Source: an uncultured Gemmatimonadaceae bacterium (GTDB lineage: Bacteria > Gemmatimonadota > Gemmatimonadetes > Gemmatimonadales > Gemmatimonadaceae). From it: a DNA stretch of 64,000 nt. The first letter of the stretch is position 1. Each line of letters starts with the position of its first letter. Of this stretch, positions 62,261 through 64,000 are shown piece after piece. The notes under the pieces are model-generated. The model had not been told where the DNA came from. It was given only the letters and a program-made list of their open reading frames with translations, and ran no database searches. Location: positions 1,088,001 through 1,152,000 of the forward strand of contig OY970320.1 of assembly GCA_963716745.1 (NCBI GenBank), in the 5' to 3' direction. The translations under genes and the position numbers were made by a program.

Positions 62261-64000
62261 TCAGGATCTGACTGTCAGGCTTCTCAGCGCCCGCGCGAGG
62301 CCATCCAGCAGCGTAGCGCCTCCCAGTCGCGTGAGCTTGAGCGACAGCGGGTTCGTGCGGCGGACTTCGGCCTGGAATTGCACCTCGTGAAAGGCCGCGG
62401 TCAGCCCCTTCAATCGAGGCGCCGCATCAGCCCGAAATGTAATACGGGCCTCCTCGCCGCGCACCAGCACCCCCTCGATCCCCAGACGCCCGCCCAGCAC
62501 GCGCAACAGCGCGGCGTACAGCAGCGCCTCCGCCGGCGGCGGCAGCGGGCCGAACCGGTCGCGCAGCTCGGCGCGCATCGCATCGATCTCGTCCGGCTCG
62601 GTGGCGGCGGAGACGCGCCGGTAGAAGCCGAGCTTCACTTCGGGCACGCCGAGGTAGTCGTCGGGGAGATAGCTAGGCGCGTCGAGCGTCACGTCGGCGG
62701 GCACGATCGCCGGCGCGTCGGGACCGCGCATGACGCGATGCACCGTTTGCTCGAGCATCTTGAGGTACAGTTCGAATCCCACCGCCTGCACGAATCCGCT
62801 CTGCTCGGGGCCGAGGAGGTTCCCCGCCCCGCGCATCTCGAGATCCTTCATCGCCACGCGATAGCCGGCGCCGAGTTCGGTGTGGTGCTCGAGCACCTCG
62901 AGACGGCGTTCCGCGTCGGGATCCACTTCGTCGGGCACGAGCAGGTAGCAGTACGCGCGGCGGTGCGATCGCCCCACGCGGCCGCGCAGCTGATAGAGCT
63001 GCGCGAGACCCGAGATGGTCGGCGCGGCTCACGAACATCGTGTTGGCGTTGGGCACGTCGAGGCCGGACTCCACGATGAGCGTGCTCACGAGCACCGTGA
63101 TCTCGCCGGCGACGAAGCGGCGCATCACGTCATCCAGATCGCGCTCGCGCATCTGGCCGTGCGCGACGGCCACCACCGCGCGCGGCGCGAGGCGGCGCAC
63201 ATGGTCGGCGATCGCTTCGATCGTCTCGATGCGGTTGTGCACGAAGAACACCTGGCCGCCGCGGTCGAGCTCGCGCGCGATGCCTTCCTCGATGAGCCCG
63301 TCGTCCCACGGCTCGACGAAGGTCAGCACCGGAGAGCGGTCGCGCGGCGGCGTCTCGATCACGGTCATGTCGCGCAGGCCGGCGAGCGACTGGTGGAGCG
63401 TGCGCGGGATCGGCGTCGCGGTGAGCGTGAGGACGTCGGTCTCGAGCTTGAGCTGCTTGAGCCGCTCCTTGTGCTTGACCCCGAATCGGTGTTCTTCATC
63501 AACGATGACGAGGCCGAGATCGGAGAACTTCACATCGGGGCTCAGCAGCCGGTGCGTGCCGATCACGATGTCGATCTGCTTCGCGGCGAGCGCGGCGAGC
63601 ACGCCCGTCTGCTCCTTCGCGGTCTGGAATCGCGACAGCGTGGCGATCTTCATCGGGAAATCGGCGAGGCGGTCGCCGAAGGTGCGGCCATGCTGTTCGG
63701 CGAGGATGGTCGTGGGCACGAGCACGGCCACCTGCCGCCCCGACTGCACCGCCTTGAACGCGGCGCGCACGGCGATCTCGGTCTTCCCGTAGCCGACATC
63801 GCCCACGAGCAGGCGGTCCATCGGGCGCGCGCTCTCCATGTCGCGTTTCACTTCCACGGTGGCGCGTCGCTGGTCGGGCGTGTCTTCGAAGAGGAAGCTC
63901 GACTCGAGCTGACGCTGCCAGCTGCCGTCGGGATGCGCCGGCTGTTTCGACGCGACCCGTCTCCGCGCGTAGAGGACGAGCAGCTCCTCGGTCATCTCCT
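62261..64000 (-). CDS. mfd: Transcription-repair coupling factor (partial; frameshift ~63010)
   Basis: MDRLLVGDVGYGKTE, VDEEHRFGV, LTATPIPRTL, QLRGRVGRS, DLEMRGAGNLLG, TRCF C-terminus. Confidence 0.96.

Overview
GC-rich bacterial DNA. The gene repertoire (eukaryote-like Ser/Thr kinase with beta-propeller, PadR-ADOP permease pair, VPS10-like glycosyl hydrolases, mfd-PPIase-surA-S4-pdxA block) suggests Gemmatimonadota or an Acidobacteriota-like lineage; this is inference. About 25 apparent 1-bp frameshifts, one inside mfd, point to an unpolished long-read assembly rather than mass pseudogenisation. 1-38 kb is accessory-type content. 39-49.3 kb is a stack of integrase-free cassettes at the 3' end of a stand-alone tRNA-Ile(GAT), bounded by three decaying copies of the tRNA 3' end plus terminator; the largest cassette is an ECF sigma / zf-HC2 anti-sigma / TPR-CHAT / Ig-Kelch module whose CHAT catalytic His is replaced by Tyr. 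49.5-64 kb is core-like (typA, penicillin acylase, pilT, CDF transporter, pdxA, S4, surA, PPIase, mfd). The most striking unexplained structure is non-coding: four families of internally periodic palindromes. One is a 9-nt-period family clustered around, and overlapping both ends of, a GxxExxY PD-(D/E)XK nuclease gene. One is a ~155-bp family with conserved arm asymmetry spaced every ~3 kb. The others have 21-nt and 7-nt periods. The 9-nt family (probably) and the 7-nt family also occur inside coding sequence.
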